Origin: a virus
Lineage: Duplodnaviria; Caudoviricetes
Virus record (IMG/VR): IMGVR_UViG_3300033463_000027
Span: 32,001-96,000 of that record
DNA length: 64,000 nt
Strand: one strand, 5' to 3'
The notes under the pieces are model-generated. The model saw only the letters and a program-made list of their open reading frames with translations. It searched no databases and was not told the DNA's origin. Below are positions 10,702 to 21,594 of this stretch, one piece after another. How positions within the stretch are numbered: the first letter of the stretch is position 1; each line of letters opens with the position of its first letter. The position numbers and the translations under genes are program-made.

Positions 10702-11680
10702 CTCCTACCAATTTAACTTCAAGATGGGACTGCTTCTGCCCTACAACAGCATTTAACTTAAACACCGCATTGTCAAACAGAGTTTCGTCATACTTGCAAG
10801 CAATAGTAATCTTATTGCCATTTGTAGTCACAGTCAAGTTACTCAAATCAAAGTTATTGTCACTTATACTCCATGCGACCTCACCTTCTGTATCTGCGGC
10901 AAATGTCTTTTTACCGCCTACGCGCACAGTTGGTTTCCCCGAATAGGTAATATCAAAGTCATTACCCGTAGGAGCAATATAATCACAAATCCATTGTTCA
11001 ATTGAATCTGTCTCTGCGTTATATTGGTGTTCTGTCATCATCAGTTTCAAGTAGCCTTGATCGTAAGAGAACGTGGTAGTATCATTCTGTGTAAGTTTGT
11101 AAACAGTAGGATTAACATTATTGCGGTCTAAGAAGAACCTCTTGTCATGGTCTAACATCAAAGTATTCTCGTCTGCGGTAATCCATATAGAATGTTGTGC
11201 AGAACCTATAGTTACCATCTGTGTACTCTGAACACCTGAGTTGTATTGTGTCGCATTGGTGTCATACACAGGGTATTCATAGATATTTCCCTTTTCGTCT
11301 TGCCATTTTAAGAACTGGTTGCATCTCGTCAATTTACCCGCACCATTTATCTCGTCCCTATCATAAGACTCTATGCAGAGCCAATACGTACCATTCTTAG
11401 TATTGTATAACATTTCTCCTATTGCAATAGGGCTATCATACAATACATTAAAAGACAGGGTGATACCATAGTTATTGCTCAATTTTTCGCCAAACGTCTT
11501 AATAGGTATAGGTACAAGTTTCTCTTGTTCAACGCCAAATTGCCATCTCACAAACGTGTCCTTAAACGAAGGGTCTTTCATTAACTGATCTGCCATAAGA
11601 CGTTGACCATCAATGATTTTAGACTCTCGAATAGTTTCACCATGTACTGTAAGATAGGCTTTCATTTTTGCATAGCTCAT
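10694..11680 (-). CDS. Putative head-closure protein
   Basis: CNQFLKWQD motif; synteny. Confidence 0.55.
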   Translation of the reverse strand: MSYAKMKAYLTVHGETIRESKIIDGQRLMADQLMKDPSFKDTFVRWQFGVEQEKLVPIPIKTFGEKLSNNYGITLSFNVLYDSPIAIGEMLYNTKNGTYWLCIESYDRDEINGAGKLTRCNQFLKWQDEKGNIYEYPVYDTNATQYNSGVQSTQMVTIGSAQHSIWITADENTLMLDHDKRFFLDRNNVNPTVYKLTQNDTTTFSYDQGYLKLMMTEHQYNAETDSIEQWICDYIAPTGNDFDITYSGKPTVRVGGKKTFAADTEGEVAWSISDNNFDLSNLTVTTNGNKITIACKYDETLFDNAVFKLNAVVGQKQSHLEVKLVGGV

Positions 11681-11683
11681 GGG

Positions 11684-12259
11684 TCACACACCCCTTGTAC
11701 CATCAATAGGCGGTTTAAACCTTAACGCAGTATGAGTGGGGCAAGGTTTCTTGGGACAACCACAAAATCCAAATCCCGTAGTTGCATACTTATTGGGAAT
11801 ATAGCCATAGCCACCATTTTCCTCATAGGTATTTGATAATATTTCATCTCGACGAATAGAGTAATTTATCACAAACTGGTGAGCTTCTTGCCAATACATT
11901 TCGCGTACAGCCTGTGCCTTACCTAAAACGTTAGCATTGTCAAATTTATGAAAATCCGTTGTACTCATATGAGCCGCAAGAGCCAACGGGGTTCTGATAT
12001 AAGTTGCATCAAGATAATATACAATCATGAAATCAGTAAGTATTTCAAAATTGATATCATCAAGTTCTATATTAAAGGTCTGATTGACATTATCTCTGTC
12101 ACTCAAATCCTGATTGCAACACTCAAAGGCGACAATAGCAGGGCGAATATAATCGCACAGTATAGCATCGGCTTCTGATTCTTCCATTTGAATGAAATCG
12201 TAATCCTTTATCTTGCTATATACCGAATTGCACAGTTCTTTATAAGTCGTGTTAGCCAC
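11684..12259 (-). CDS. Putative head-tail adaptor
   Basis: TTYKEL...SKIKDY...EILTDFM; follows capsid genes. Confidence 0.6.
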   Translation of the reverse strand: MANTTYKELCNSVYSKIKDYDFIQMEESEADAILCDYIRPAIVAFECCNQDLSDRDNVNQTFNIELDDINFEILTDFMIVYYLDATYIRTPLALAAHMSTTDFHKFDNANVLGKAQAVREMYWQEAHQFVINYSIRRDEILSNTYEENGGYGYIPNKYATTGFGFCGCPKKPCPTHTALRFKPPIDGTRGV

Positions 12260-12284
12260 ATTGTCACCCGCCTTTCATTTAAGG

Positions 12285-12998
12285 TTATGTCAAATCAAAC
12301 TGTAACTTTTCTTCCAACAGCTTGATAACGTTTATATCAGTCAGAGCCTTATTACTGTACATGGCTCTTATCTTGGAAATCAATACATCTCGCATATTAG
12401 CCATCAACGCCCTGTCGATTGCCTTTTCGATAGTTTCTGTATTCTGTTTAAACAATGTTTTCAGATTGTTTATCTGTGCAACATTCTCATAAACAGAATT
12501 AAGTCTGAACATTCTTATAGCATCTTCGTTCAACAGGATAACGTTGGGGTTCATGAGAAAATCAGGACACTGGTTATTCATCTCCGTAAGCTCTGCAATG
12601 GTCATTTGCCGAACCTCTCCAATATTGTTCCATATGAACATAGCATTATTGGTAGGGGACTTGTAAACCAACTTACCAAAAGTTATCGAGCGCACATTTA
12701 TTACTGTGTCTCTCGGCAAATCAACAAATGTCTCATTATAGTCATCGTCCTCATTCTCGTCAAGTTCATCTATCGCAGAAGAAATGGTATCGAGAATAGA
12801 CTTTGAAGTTTCATCTTTAACAATATCCACATGAGTAGGCTCTGCCACTAAATCTTCATCATTTGCCATAACATCAGAAATGTTATCCATCTCGTTTAGC
12901 TTTTCAATCAGCTTTTCTCTGCCAATATTGCCAATTTTCATACCCTTGTCTCTTGCAACATCTTTGAGTTCGTCCATGCTCATTGTGCTGTAATTCAT
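12285..12998 (-). CDS. Conserved capsid-downstream protein with N-terminal Rho-N-like motif
   Basis: MSMDELKDVARDKG...REKLIEKL; synteny. Confidence 0.55.
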   Translation of the reverse strand: MNYSTMSMDELKDVARDKGMKIGNIGREKLIEKLNEMDNISDVMANDEDLVAEPTHVDIVKDETSKSILDTISSAIDELDENEDDDYNETFVDLPRDTVINVRSITFGKLVYKSPTNNAMFIWNNIGEVRQMTIAELTEMNNQCPDFLMNPNVILLNEDAIRMFRLNSVYENVAQINNLKTLFKQNTETIEKAIDRALMANMRDVLISKIRAMYSNKALTDINVIKLLEEKLQFDLT

Positions 12999-13091
12999 AG
13001 AATAAAGTCTCCTTTAAATTAAAATAATATATGGTAAATGGGGGACGAATCCCCCATCATGCCAAATAAAAACACCTCACGGTGTCAACAA

Positions 13092-14111
13092 TTACTGTAT
13101 AGTGTACTTACCAAATACGCTGGAGAAGGCTACACCTACACCAACTTTAGTTTGTACCTGAGAATCAATAGTCTGATCGTGAGTCATTATCTCAGACAAA
13201 TCACGAGCGCGAGTATCACCCTCAAAGTAAACCTTGATGAACTTCTCGTTATCAGGAAGAACATAGATTACGTTATCATTTACCTTGAAGTTGTAAGTTC
13301 CTCTGATAAAGGTCTGAGGAATCTCAACAGCAGGAACACCGAAACCAGTATTTACCATTACGGCACCAGTGGTAGCCATTTCTTCCTTCTGAGAATTGGA
13401 AATCCAGTTTGCACTCATGCCAGTAGCAATGTTACTCAGTGCAGTCTTAGTACCCGCAAGGATAACATTCTTCTGTGCGCCAACCTGAACCTTCTGAATG
13501 AGAGTTCTCATCTGACCAGCATCATAAGAACCAGTTACCTGTAAAGCGGCGGGGAGATAAGTACCAGCACCATTAAATGCGGTATAAACACGGTCATCAA
13601 TAGCTCTCTGCATAGCAGCCTGCATAGCAGCAACAAGCTCTGCAACGGTGATAAGACCTTTCAAGAAACGCTCGAAATCGTCATAAACGTGAATGTAAAT
13701 CCATTCTGTATCGAGCTGGAAGGTCTTACGACCGCCGAGCTTCTTACGGTCAGTGTCCCAATGATTGCCTGCAAATCTCGTAGCAACAAGTACAGAAGCA
13801 TCGTTTACAACGAACTCGTTCTTGTCACCGAGAGCGCCGTTGCGGGTCTCGACAAATTGATTATAGAACGCAGAACCTTCCCAAGCAAGAGGAAGATTGG
13901 TGTTAATAACCTCTTCGATTATAGTAAATATCTCATTCTTGTGGTTTCTCCAAGCTGCATGAGTCAGCTTGTCCTCTCCAAGAATCTCATAGAAAGCCAC
14001 GCGAATAGCTTCATCGGTATATTTAGTAGCTTCGGGAGAAGCAAATACCGCAACTCTGTTAGAGCAAGAATCATTTATAAGATTAACAATCTGTTCAAGT
14101 CTCTTTTCCAT
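13092..14111 (-). CDS. Major capsid protein
   Basis: 339 aa, strong codon bias, follows scaffold and decoration genes; NEIFTIIEE and GTKTALS motifs. Confidence 0.85.
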   Translation of the reverse strand: MEKRLEQIVNLINDSCSNRVAVFASPEATKYTDEAIRVAFYEILGEDKLTHAAWRNHKNEIFTIIEEVINTNLPLAWEGSAFYNQFVETRNGALGDKNEFVVNDASVLVATRFAGNHWDTDRKKLGGRKTFQLDTEWIYIHVYDDFERFLKGLITVAELVAAMQAAMQRAIDDRVYTAFNGAGTYLPAALQVTGSYDAGQMRTLIQKVQVGAQKNVILAGTKTALSNIATGMSANWISNSQKEEMATTGAVMVNTGFGVPAVEIPQTFIRGTYNFKVNDNVIYVLPDNEKFIKVYFEGDTRARDLSEIMTHDQTIDSQVQTKVGVGVAFSSVFGKYTIQ

Positions 14112-14131
14112 TACTTACTTCACTCCTTTCC

Positions 14132-14722
14132 TTAACCCGAAACAACTGTCTCGTTAGTTATAACCTCGATGATAACCCACTGAGAGTCAGCAACGATTAC
14201 GCCGCCACCCGTAGGAGGATTGCCAGCGGGGACAGTGGCGGTAGATACATTTATGCAAGGGAATATACCATCGTCATAAACTTCTACAACCTTACCTACA
14301 AAGCCCTTACCAGAAGGCTCAGAAGTACCGAGGTCTTTCAGCTTCATGGTAGTACCATCAACACCTATGTAATCGCCAACAGCAAGATTGGTATTGCTCG
14401 AAATAGAATACTTCTTGACACCAAACTTGTTGTGCTTATTCAGACCATAGGTTCTAAAAGCCTTGCCCTGTACATTAATAAACTGATCTTCACCCTGCTT
14501 GTTGGGGTCAGAACTATAGCTCCATGCAGGATTAGCAACGAGGAATACCTCGTCAGTGGCGGCGGGAACACCCGCAGCATAAATATTTCTTTCACCAGAT
14601 ATAAGGTCGCCCTTTGCAACTACCCAACCGTTTTCGATATCAGTAGTAGCGTTCTGCATATCATAGCAGAGACCAGTAACCTTAGTAGTTTCAACTACTC
14701 CGTAAACTGCCATAGTAATCAC
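14132..14722 (-). CDS. Capsid decoration/structural protein
   Basis: IENGWVV motif; between scaffold and capsid genes. Confidence 0.65.
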   Translation of the reverse strand: MITMAVYGVVETTKVTGLCYDMQNATTDIENGWVVAKGDLISGERNIYAAGVPAATDEVFLVANPAWSYSSDPNKQGEDQFINVQGKAFRTYGLNKHNKFGVKKYSISSNTNLAVGDYIGVDGTTMKLKDLGTSEPSGKGFVGKVVEVYDDGIFPCINVSTATVPAGNPPTGGGVIVADSQWVIIEVITNETVVSG

Positions 14723-14731
14723 TTTCCTTTC

Positions 14732-16198
14732 TTATTCAAATTTCATAACTTTTGCAAGATAGTCGCCATATCTATCACTGTCAGCATAGACAGTCTTGCC
14801 CGAAGGTGTGTCTACCCCGCCAACAGAGGGCTTATAGCTAAACGACTTGTTCTTCTTCTCCATCTCACCCTTTGCAGCGATTTCACCAAGCATCATAGTA
14901 AGCTCAGTCTTTACGCTATCGGGAGTGACCTTGCTGTAATCAAGATTAGCCTTCCAAATAAGGAACGTAGAATTTCTACCCATTTTATCCTCAAACTCAG
15001 CAACAACTGCATTGACAGCATTCTTGTTTTCAAGAGCCTTCATTTCCTTATCGGCAGCTCTAAACTTGTCAAGTTCCACCTTTGCTTCGTCATAAGACTT
15101 AGAAAGTTCCTCAATCTTTTCGGAAAGTTCCTGAACCTTACTGCCGTAGCTTTCAGCATAAGCCGCAGACAAAGAAGTTTCTACTTCGTCCTTTACTGTC
15201 TTGCTTACATTCTCCTTGATAGAACCAACTACCTCACCAAGATCAAATGTTTCAGACTTTTTATCAAAGTCCATAACGATTTCATCATCAACAATAGCGA
15301 AGTCAACAGAATAAATCTTATTATCCTCTCTGTCAAATACGCTTATGGTAGTTTCGTCAACGCCAAGCAGAGAATACTTGGGAGCATCAGTACTCTCAAT
15401 TTTAAACTCAGACAGCTTTTCCAAGATTTTTGCATTATCCATCGTCAATTCCTCTCCTTCCTTTTTTGAATTTATAGAAACAGACATCATGGGGCTGTCT
15501 GATTCATACTTTTGCAGTCTTTCCAGTAACAAATCAAACTCTTTCATAAGAGCGTTATCATGCAAAGCAAAACCCTTGTATTTCTCCACTCTACAAGAAG
15601 GGAAACAAGGGCGAACGTTCTTCTCAGGGTTATCATCTTTGTTCAGCAGACATAATGCGGAGAACGTAAAATCATCAATAGAATAAATATCATTATCCTT
15701 GTAATGCCCCTCGTTCACGGATAACTCACAGCTTTGACCAAAATAAACGTCATCACTATATGCGGCATCCATGATATTATATCTGCCTGTCCAAAGAAGA
15801 ATATCTGCTACCAGATATGTATTAGTGGTCAATCCATCGGGTTCCATAACAACTTCTTTGCGGATATTTGCAGACTCAGGAATTACACCAAATGGTATAC
15901 ACTCATTGATGATTTCAATTCCCTCTGCCGAAATAACCCACTTGCTGTCATGACCACCAACACGATATTTGCCTGTCTCTTCATCTTTAAAAAGGTGAGC
16001 CACAACAGGCTTATTATAAAACTCCCCTCTTGCGATAGCTTTATCAATGGACTCGTCAGTAATATCAGACCCATTTGCATTATCACCCGAAGCAAGCATA
16101 TAACACTTGCACTTTGTGAACTCCGAATTTACAACTGCAAAATCAGAGAACTTAGAAGTAAAATCCAGCGTTTGTTCTTTCTTCAACGTTATCACCAC
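14732..16198 (-). CDS. Prohead protease-scaffold
   Basis: N-terminal protease-like region (QSCEL, FSALCLL, PCF) plus acidic coiled-coil C-terminus. Confidence 0.75.
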   Translation of the reverse strand: MVITLKKEQTLDFTSKFSDFAVVNSEFTKCKCYMLASGDNANGSDITDESIDKAIARGEFYNKPVVAHLFKDEETGKYRVGGHDSKWVISAEGIEIINECIPFGVIPESANIRKEVVMEPDGLTTNTYLVADILLWTGRYNIMDAAYSDDVYFGQSCELSVNEGHYKDNDIYSIDDFTFSALCLLNKDDNPEKNVRPCFPSCRVEKYKGFALHDNALMKEFDLLLERLQKYESDSPMMSVSINSKKEGEELTMDNAKILEKLSEFKIESTDAPKYSLLGVDETTISVFDREDNKIYSVDFAIVDDEIVMDFDKKSETFDLGEVVGSIKENVSKTVKDEVETSLSAAYAESYGSKVQELSEKIEELSKSYDEAKVELDKFRAADKEMKALENKNAVNAVVAEFEDKMGRNSTFLIWKANLDYSKVTPDSVKTELTMMLGEIAAKGEMEKKNKSFSYKPSVGGVDTPSGKTVYADSDRYGDYLAKVMKFE

Positions 16199-16205
16199 CT
16201 AACTA

Positions 16206-16403
16206 TCAGCTAAAGCACAAATTTTTGGACATAAAAAAATCCAGTTCTTCAAACTGGCTTGCAAGTATATTCATAAGTTCAGGTGAAGATAAGAACTGAT
16301 AAACTATTTGCTCGTCATTCATTTTCTGCTCATGGCAATGAAAGCCGAGTTTTATAAGTTTATCTGCGGTTTCTTTTTCTACGATGTTTACTATGGGTAT
16401 CAT
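16206..16403 (-). CDS. Small hypothetical protein
   Basis: ORF in late operon; start uncertain. Confidence 0.5.
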   Translation of the reverse strand: MIPIVNIVEKETADKLIKLGFHCHEQKMNDEQIVYQFLSSPELMNILASQFEELDFFMSKNLCFS

Positions 16404-16626
16404 AGTCATCTTCCGCCTCACTATCTATATCATCTGCAATCTCTTTAGTCACACTTAATTCAGTGAAATCTTTTTCAGAATAAACAAAACTTCTTCTAAG
16501 ATAATCATGCCCACCATCAACAGAGCATACTTCACAACTGCAAGTCACAAAATCATGTCTGCTTTTGGATTCTATAATGTCACCGCAGCGATTGCATTTA
16601 ATCTTATTTGTTATAATTTGTAGCAT
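16360..16626 (-). CDS. Zn-ribbon protein
   Basis: CNRCGDIIES..RHDFVTCSC..CSVDGG.DYLRR. Confidence 0.75.
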   Translation of the reverse strand: MLQIITNKIKCNRCGDIIESKSRHDFVTCSCEVCSVDGGHDYLRRSFVYSEKDFTELSVTKEIADDIDSEAEDDYDTHSKHRRKRNRR

Positions 16627-16643
16627 TTTATATTCACCTTATG

Positions 16644-18173
16644 TCATACGCGGTTTTCAGGGAGATTAGTGTCATTACTTCGAGCTGCTTCACCCGTAGG
16701 AGACAAGTCGCCATCGTCAATTGTAGGTCTGCCAGTATCTTCGCTATCACCCGATTGCGTGTAGCTCGTTTTAAGAGGTGTCCACCCATCAAACATATCC
16801 TTAAACAGAGTGTTCTCTACAAACGAATTACCCAAGACGTTACATACACTCATTCCATTGACTGCACCCAATGCAAATTTATTAGGTAAACCATTTTGCG
16901 CCTGTTTCAGAACTTGGTCTTGCATATCCTTTTCATTAAAGGTAGTCATGTTCAAGAGCCTATATCTAAATGTATAAGCATTGTTTGCAAAGTACATCTT
17001 GCGTAACTTCATCTGCAAGTCTATCCAGTTCTCAATATGTCTGTATATCCTAAACACATCTCCGCTGTCATTAGTGATAGATAACTTTAACTCACTACCC
17101 GAAGTCGCACCACTCATGAGGGCTTCTGAAACACCTACGTCCTTAAAAGCCCAACTTATAGCGTTAGAAACATTATCTCTGTTATCCGCGTTGCTCGAAG
17201 TAAATTCTTCTGTTTCAGTATCAAATGGGGTCAAGATAACACCTATATGGTTTTTAACAACATTCAAGACCTCTTGCAAGAAAGGTTTAAGTAACCCCGC
17301 ATCGAGAGTGATTTGTCCATCTTTAGTAGGTATTTTCATTGTAAGCAGCTTATAAGCATCATTCACACTCTGAGTTTTAGCCAAATCTTTAAAGTCATCA
17401 ACCAACAGTATGTCAGCTATCATCATAAGGAAAGGAGGATAGGGGAATGGAAAGTCAGTATTATACTTCAAACACAATGAGTTAGACATAGGTATTGGAA
17501 CTCTGCCATCTGTATTTTGGTCTTGGTCTATCAAAACCCTAAGTGCTTCGGGGAATAACTGTATCTTTGCCTTTGGCAACTTTCTCTTATTGATGCAAAA
17601 CTGGAACACAGTACCATCAACTATACTGTTTATCTCACAATACATAGGGTCTAAGAAGTAATACTTTAATCCAAAATCATCTTCCTCAACAAACGCAAAG
17701 CATACATCGTTCTTGTAAAGTCTCTTGAAGATATCATGACCAACCTTTTGTAGATTTATCTTATCAGCTTGATAAGCATACTTTATATAGTTAGTCCGAA
17801 AAGCGTTCTGATTAGAATATGCCTTTGGACTATTAATGTTGGTTTCAACTGTATAATTAAGTATGATCTGATTCACAAAGTAATCTATAAGTCGCTTATA
17901 ATACCCTGACTTTAGATACATATAGTCACTCAGCTTCAAGATTTTATTTCTAAATCTTTCGGGCTGTTCAATCATCTGCAAAATGTCACAGCGCCTAAAT
18001 CCCATAAAGGTAGCATCAAACTTGGGGAATGTCAGCTCATGTAAAACTAATCGTGCAAACGCATCATAGTCAAACACTTGTGTCTTGCCATCAAGAAAGT
18101 CATTTACTATCTGCTCGTCCTGTTCTTTTTGAACAAGACCAATATTATCTTTGTCAGTCAATTTGTCAGCCAA
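16644..18173 (-). CDS. Portal protein
   Basis: About 510 aa directly after terminase; TTG start with GAAAGGTGG RBS; GRP C-terminal motif. Confidence 0.8.
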   Translation of the reverse strand: MADKLTDKDNIGLVQKEQDEQIVNDFLDGKTQVFDYDAFARLVLHELTFPKFDATFMGFRRCDILQMIEQPERFRNKILKLSDYMYLKSGYYKRLIDYFVNQIILNYTVETNINSPKAYSNQNAFRTNYIKYAYQADKINLQKVGHDIFKRLYKNDVCFAFVEEDDFGLKYYFLDPMYCEINSIVDGTVFQFCINKRKLPKAKIQLFPEALRVLIDQDQNTDGRVPIPMSNSLCLKYNTDFPFPYPPFLMMIADILLVDDFKDLAKTQSVNDAYKLLTMKIPTKDGQITLDAGLLKPFLQEVLNVVKNHIGVILTPFDTETEEFTSSNADNRDNVSNAISWAFKDVGVSEALMSGATSGSELKLSITNDSGDVFRIYRHIENWIDLQMKLRKMYFANNAYTFRYRLLNMTTFNEKDMQDQVLKQAQNGLPNKFALGAVNGMSVCNVLGNSFVENTLFKDMFDGWTPLKTSYTQSGDSEDTGRPTIDDGDLSPTGEAARSNDTNLPENRV

Positions 18174-18192
18174 TTTGCCACCACCTTTCCAT

Positions 18193-18342
18193 TTAAGATA
18201 AAGCACTTATAATAGAGGGACTACGCCCTAAAGAGAGAATATCCAAATAAGCATTGTCATTCTGAGGTTTTGTAACTTTTGTATTACGACGTAACTGTGC
18301 GAGATAGAAACACAAGAGTCCCGCAACAAAACATCTATCGTC
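18193..18342 (-). CDS. terL: Terminase large subunit exon 2
   Basis: DDRCFVAGLLCFYLAQLRR...ALS*; restores the MH-DDR nuclease motif. Confidence 0.85.
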   Translation of the reverse strand, partial: DDRCFVAGLLCFYLAQLRRNTKVTKPQNDNAYLDILSLGRSPSIISALS

Positions 18343-18597
18343 CCTATTGTTACCATGACCGAGGTTCTTCCAAGAGTGTCTTTACACTCGACCCCGATTC
18401 TCGCATTTCAATGTTAGATTATAGTGCGAGTTCAGACTGTCGCATCCCTATATAATACCGATAGGGTTCTTTCACTCAGTCGTTCACGCTGTATTTAAAC
18501 TTGCGCCCTGTCACCCATCGCTGGGTTTCCAAGTCAATCAGAAAGAATTTATCCATGTGGGATATGGATTAACCCACAAAATGCACAACGAAATTTT
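18343..18597 (-). ncRNA. Group I intron (255 nt, no ORF) in terminase
   Basis: P1 AUGCAU/GUGCAU with U.G; P10 UCGUU/GACGA; P3 UUCUUUC/GAAAGAA; P7 GACUG/CAGUC; terminal G. Confidence 0.9.
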
Positions 18598-20301
18598 ATG
18601 CATCGTATTTCTTTTATCAGGCGGGAAGTCATACTTGACATTACCACTTGTTACATACTTACACATAGTTACAATCTCAGTTTTCATAAGCTCAATTTGA
18701 GCCAATGCAACCTTTTGGTCAAAGGTCAATTCAGTTTTCATTTCATTACCATCATCATCAATGGTGAATACATATTCCTTACTTGTGTCATACTCCGCAG
18801 GAAATGTTACAACACCCAACTTAATCATCTGTTCCAATGATTCAAAGATAGCATTGCGATTACCCTTTGGGTCAACAAGTTTGATTATATCAACAGCATC
18901 GGGATATTTTGTCTTGGCTGTCTCACTCGATTTATGAGCGCGATCTATAAGACCTTTATGCTCAATCCCATGCTCATCTTTCCAATTTTCAAAGAGATAG
19001 TCAGTGATACCACCAATCATGTTACCACCAGCACCTGAATCGCACACAACAGCCTTAATGTTCTCATAATCGAGTTTCATTTTATCGTTGCCATTATACT
19101 TTAAAAGTAACTTCTTAAATTCTTCAACCTGTTCGGGCATACGCATAGGAGTCTTAGACTTTGTGCTTATATCCACAAGAGATACGAGATTGCTAATATC
19201 CATACGCCAACCTATATTACTATCAAAGGTTAGCTCTGCGATACCGATAACTGAATTATCGTTTAATCGTGCAGAGTCCCACGCAAAAACAAACAGCCTA
19301 TCTCCTGTATCATTTTCAAGTAAAGGCAAACGATTTGTAGTACATTGTCTTAAATCTCGTCTGCTCAATATTTGTTCATCATAAGAGTCTGCTGAGAACT
19401 TATTGTACAACTCACGCAAAGCCTTGTCTCGGTTGTCAGACATAGCATTATCAACCTTGTCCTGCGATATCAGCGGCGGGTAAGGATCACCATTAAATTT
19501 TGCTTTCATAACTGTTTCAACAGTAAGGTTACAAGCAAAGTAATGTTGATTGCCTTTAAGCATTTCTTTACTAAAAGTCTTGAACTTTTTGTAAAACTCA
19601 GAAGAAGTATCACTTGCAGAAGAGGCATAAAGCAATTGACGGGGAAACCCTTTTGGTTCAATTGACAAGTCAATATTACCACCGAGTTTAAAGTTTTCAT
19701 CTTGGTTTACAAAGTTTTCAGCCTGAACGAACAATTCGTCACTAAACCAGCCAGCTTCATCAAAACCTACCATGTTAGCACGTTTACCCTTAATATTTGT
19801 AATATCAGAGTTTAGCGTATTAACCGTAGAGCCATTAAACAATTCACAAGTGAAAGAAGCTGGGCTGTGAACAAAGCCATCACTATTAGTGGATTTTTTT
19901 AATTCTTCCCAAAAAACATCAGTACAACCCGCAAAGGATTCTATCTCTTTCTTGGCAAGTTTCTCAATCTTTTTAAAAGTATCTTTTGCCTGTTCACCAG
20001 TATTACCTAAAAAATATGTAGCATGAAATGGGAAAAGTAAGCTCTTCGCCATAGTATATATAGCTAACAAAGAGGATTTACTTCCGTTTCTTGAAACTAA
20101 CCATAAAGCAAAATCTCTATTCCAAGAGTTTTCTATGATGTACTTCTGAAAGTCAAGCAACTCCACGCCCATAAATCTCGCGGCAAATGCCGAGGGGTGA
20201 GTTCGCCCCCAAACAATGACTTTAGCATACTTCTCATAAGTCTCCATCTTCCTCGCAGAGATTTCTTTATCAGTAGGTTTAGTAATTATAGTTAATGCCA
20301 T
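18598..20301 (-). CDS. terL: Terminase large subunit exon 1
   Basis: SRNGSKS Walker A, GFDEAG Walker B, WDSAR nuclease Asp. Confidence 0.9.
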
Positions 20302-20309
20302 AATACCAC

Positions 20310-21437
20310 CTACTTTTTCTTCTTACGAGCATCGAGTTTGCCTATTTCGTCATTGAGCAACTTAATCTCAATTCTTAGTTTGCGCCTTTCTTCTTCGAGA
20401 ACATCTATTCGTTCTTGTTGCTTGGCTACAAGTTCTGTCTGCTGCGACAACATTTCTGCGTATTCATCACCACTCAAAGCCAACTCTGCAAGGATAGCTC
20501 TAATATTATCAGTCGCTACCTCTTTATAGGAATCACTAAGTTTTGACGATACCACATTAACTTTAGTTTCCTCAAATCCATGCTCGCCCATCTCACGCAT
20601 AATTCTTGTAAGTGAATTTCCTGTCTGAGTTTTCTTACCACTTGTTATAGCAGAGATACCATTCTCCTTTGCCATAGCATTAATTGCGGCAAGCAAGCCT
20701 TTCTTAACACCTGACAATTTATTCAATTGGTCAGCATCTATCTTGCTTTTACGCAACTCCATGTTAAGTATCTTGTCGATCTGTTCAACCTGAACATAGG
20801 TCTTGACCATAGCAATAACAGATTGTATTTTATGAGAATCCTCTAAAACATCATCGGTAAGGTAATCTGCCAAAGTATTGTAAGCAAAACGCCTATCATC
20901 ATCGCTCCATGAGTCATCGTCAAAACAATCATAACCAATAGAAGAAATAACATAGGTCAAGTTCTTCTTATCTTGGTCATTCATCTTCCTTGCTATAGGC
21001 ATATCAGCAGGAGTTGTCAACTCAGTAATGGTATCATTCAGTTCAGCAATTGTATCTCTGAATGTTTTGTTTTTGTACTGTTGTTGACCACTAATGATTC
21101 TACAATACTTACCAAAGCTACAATCAGACTTGTCGGCAATATCATAAAAAGCCTTATCTGTATAATAGAAATCACAAAAAGCGCACAACGCCATGTAGAC
21201 GAGTCTCTTATCCCTAAACTGTTTCTCTAAGTCTTTCTGAATTTCTTCAAGACAATGAGAACAAATAGGTATACGGTTGTCATTCTGCAAAAACAGATCG
21301 CTCTTTGCGTTCTTAAAGAAGTTGCCTTCATATTTGGTAAAGTTCCTGCCACACCTAATACAAGGATTAGGCTCAACAGGGGGTTTCTTTATCTTCTTTG
21401 GGCGACCTCGTTTACGAGGTGTTGTCGTTGTCGCCAT
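20310..21437 (-). CDS. Zn-finger protein upstream of terminase (possible small terminase/packaging factor)
   Basis: AT-hook RGRP, CIRC...CSHC, coiled-coil C-terminus. Confidence 0.5.
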   Translation of the reverse strand: MATTTTPRKRGRPKKIKKPPVEPNPCIRCGRNFTKYEGNFFKNAKSDLFLQNDNRIPICSHCLEEIQKDLEKQFRDKRLVYMALCAFCDFYYTDKAFYDIADKSDCSFGKYCRIISGQQQYKNKTFRDTIAELNDTITELTTPADMPIARKMNDQDKKNLTYVISSIGYDCFDDDSWSDDDRRFAYNTLADYLTDDVLEDSHKIQSVIAMVKTYVQVEQIDKILNMELRKSKIDADQLNKLSGVKKGLLAAINAMAKENGISAITSGKKTQTGNSLTRIMREMGEHGFEETKVNVVSSKLSDSYKEVATDNIRAILAELALSGDEYAEMLSQQTELVAKQQERIDVLEEERRKLRIEIKLLNDEIGKLDARKKKK

Positions 21438-21467
21438 TTAGTTTTCTCCTTTCTTATAATACTGTAA

Positions 21468-21538
21468 TTGCGGGAGCAAGAGTCGAACTTGCAATGCGAA
21501 CTTATGAGGATCGCCTGTTTCCTTTACATTATCCCGCC
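21468..21538 (-). tRNA. tRNA with CAT anticodon (Met-like, non-canonical)
   Basis: GGCGGGA...CTCATAA loop...GCAAGTTCGACTCTTGC T-arm...TCCCGCAA; 1:72 mismatch; no encoded CCA. Confidence 0.7.
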
Positions 21539-21594
21539 ATATAAAAGGGCAGCCACAACTGTTGTCACGACCACCCCAAGAGGAAAATATATGA

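Noticed and set aside
14432-15469. 345-aa plus-strand ORF and similar antisense ORFs across the late region
   Set aside because: Shadow frames of codon-biased structural genes.
18538-18597. TerL C-terminus KISLCILW...
   Set aside because: Read-through into the intron.
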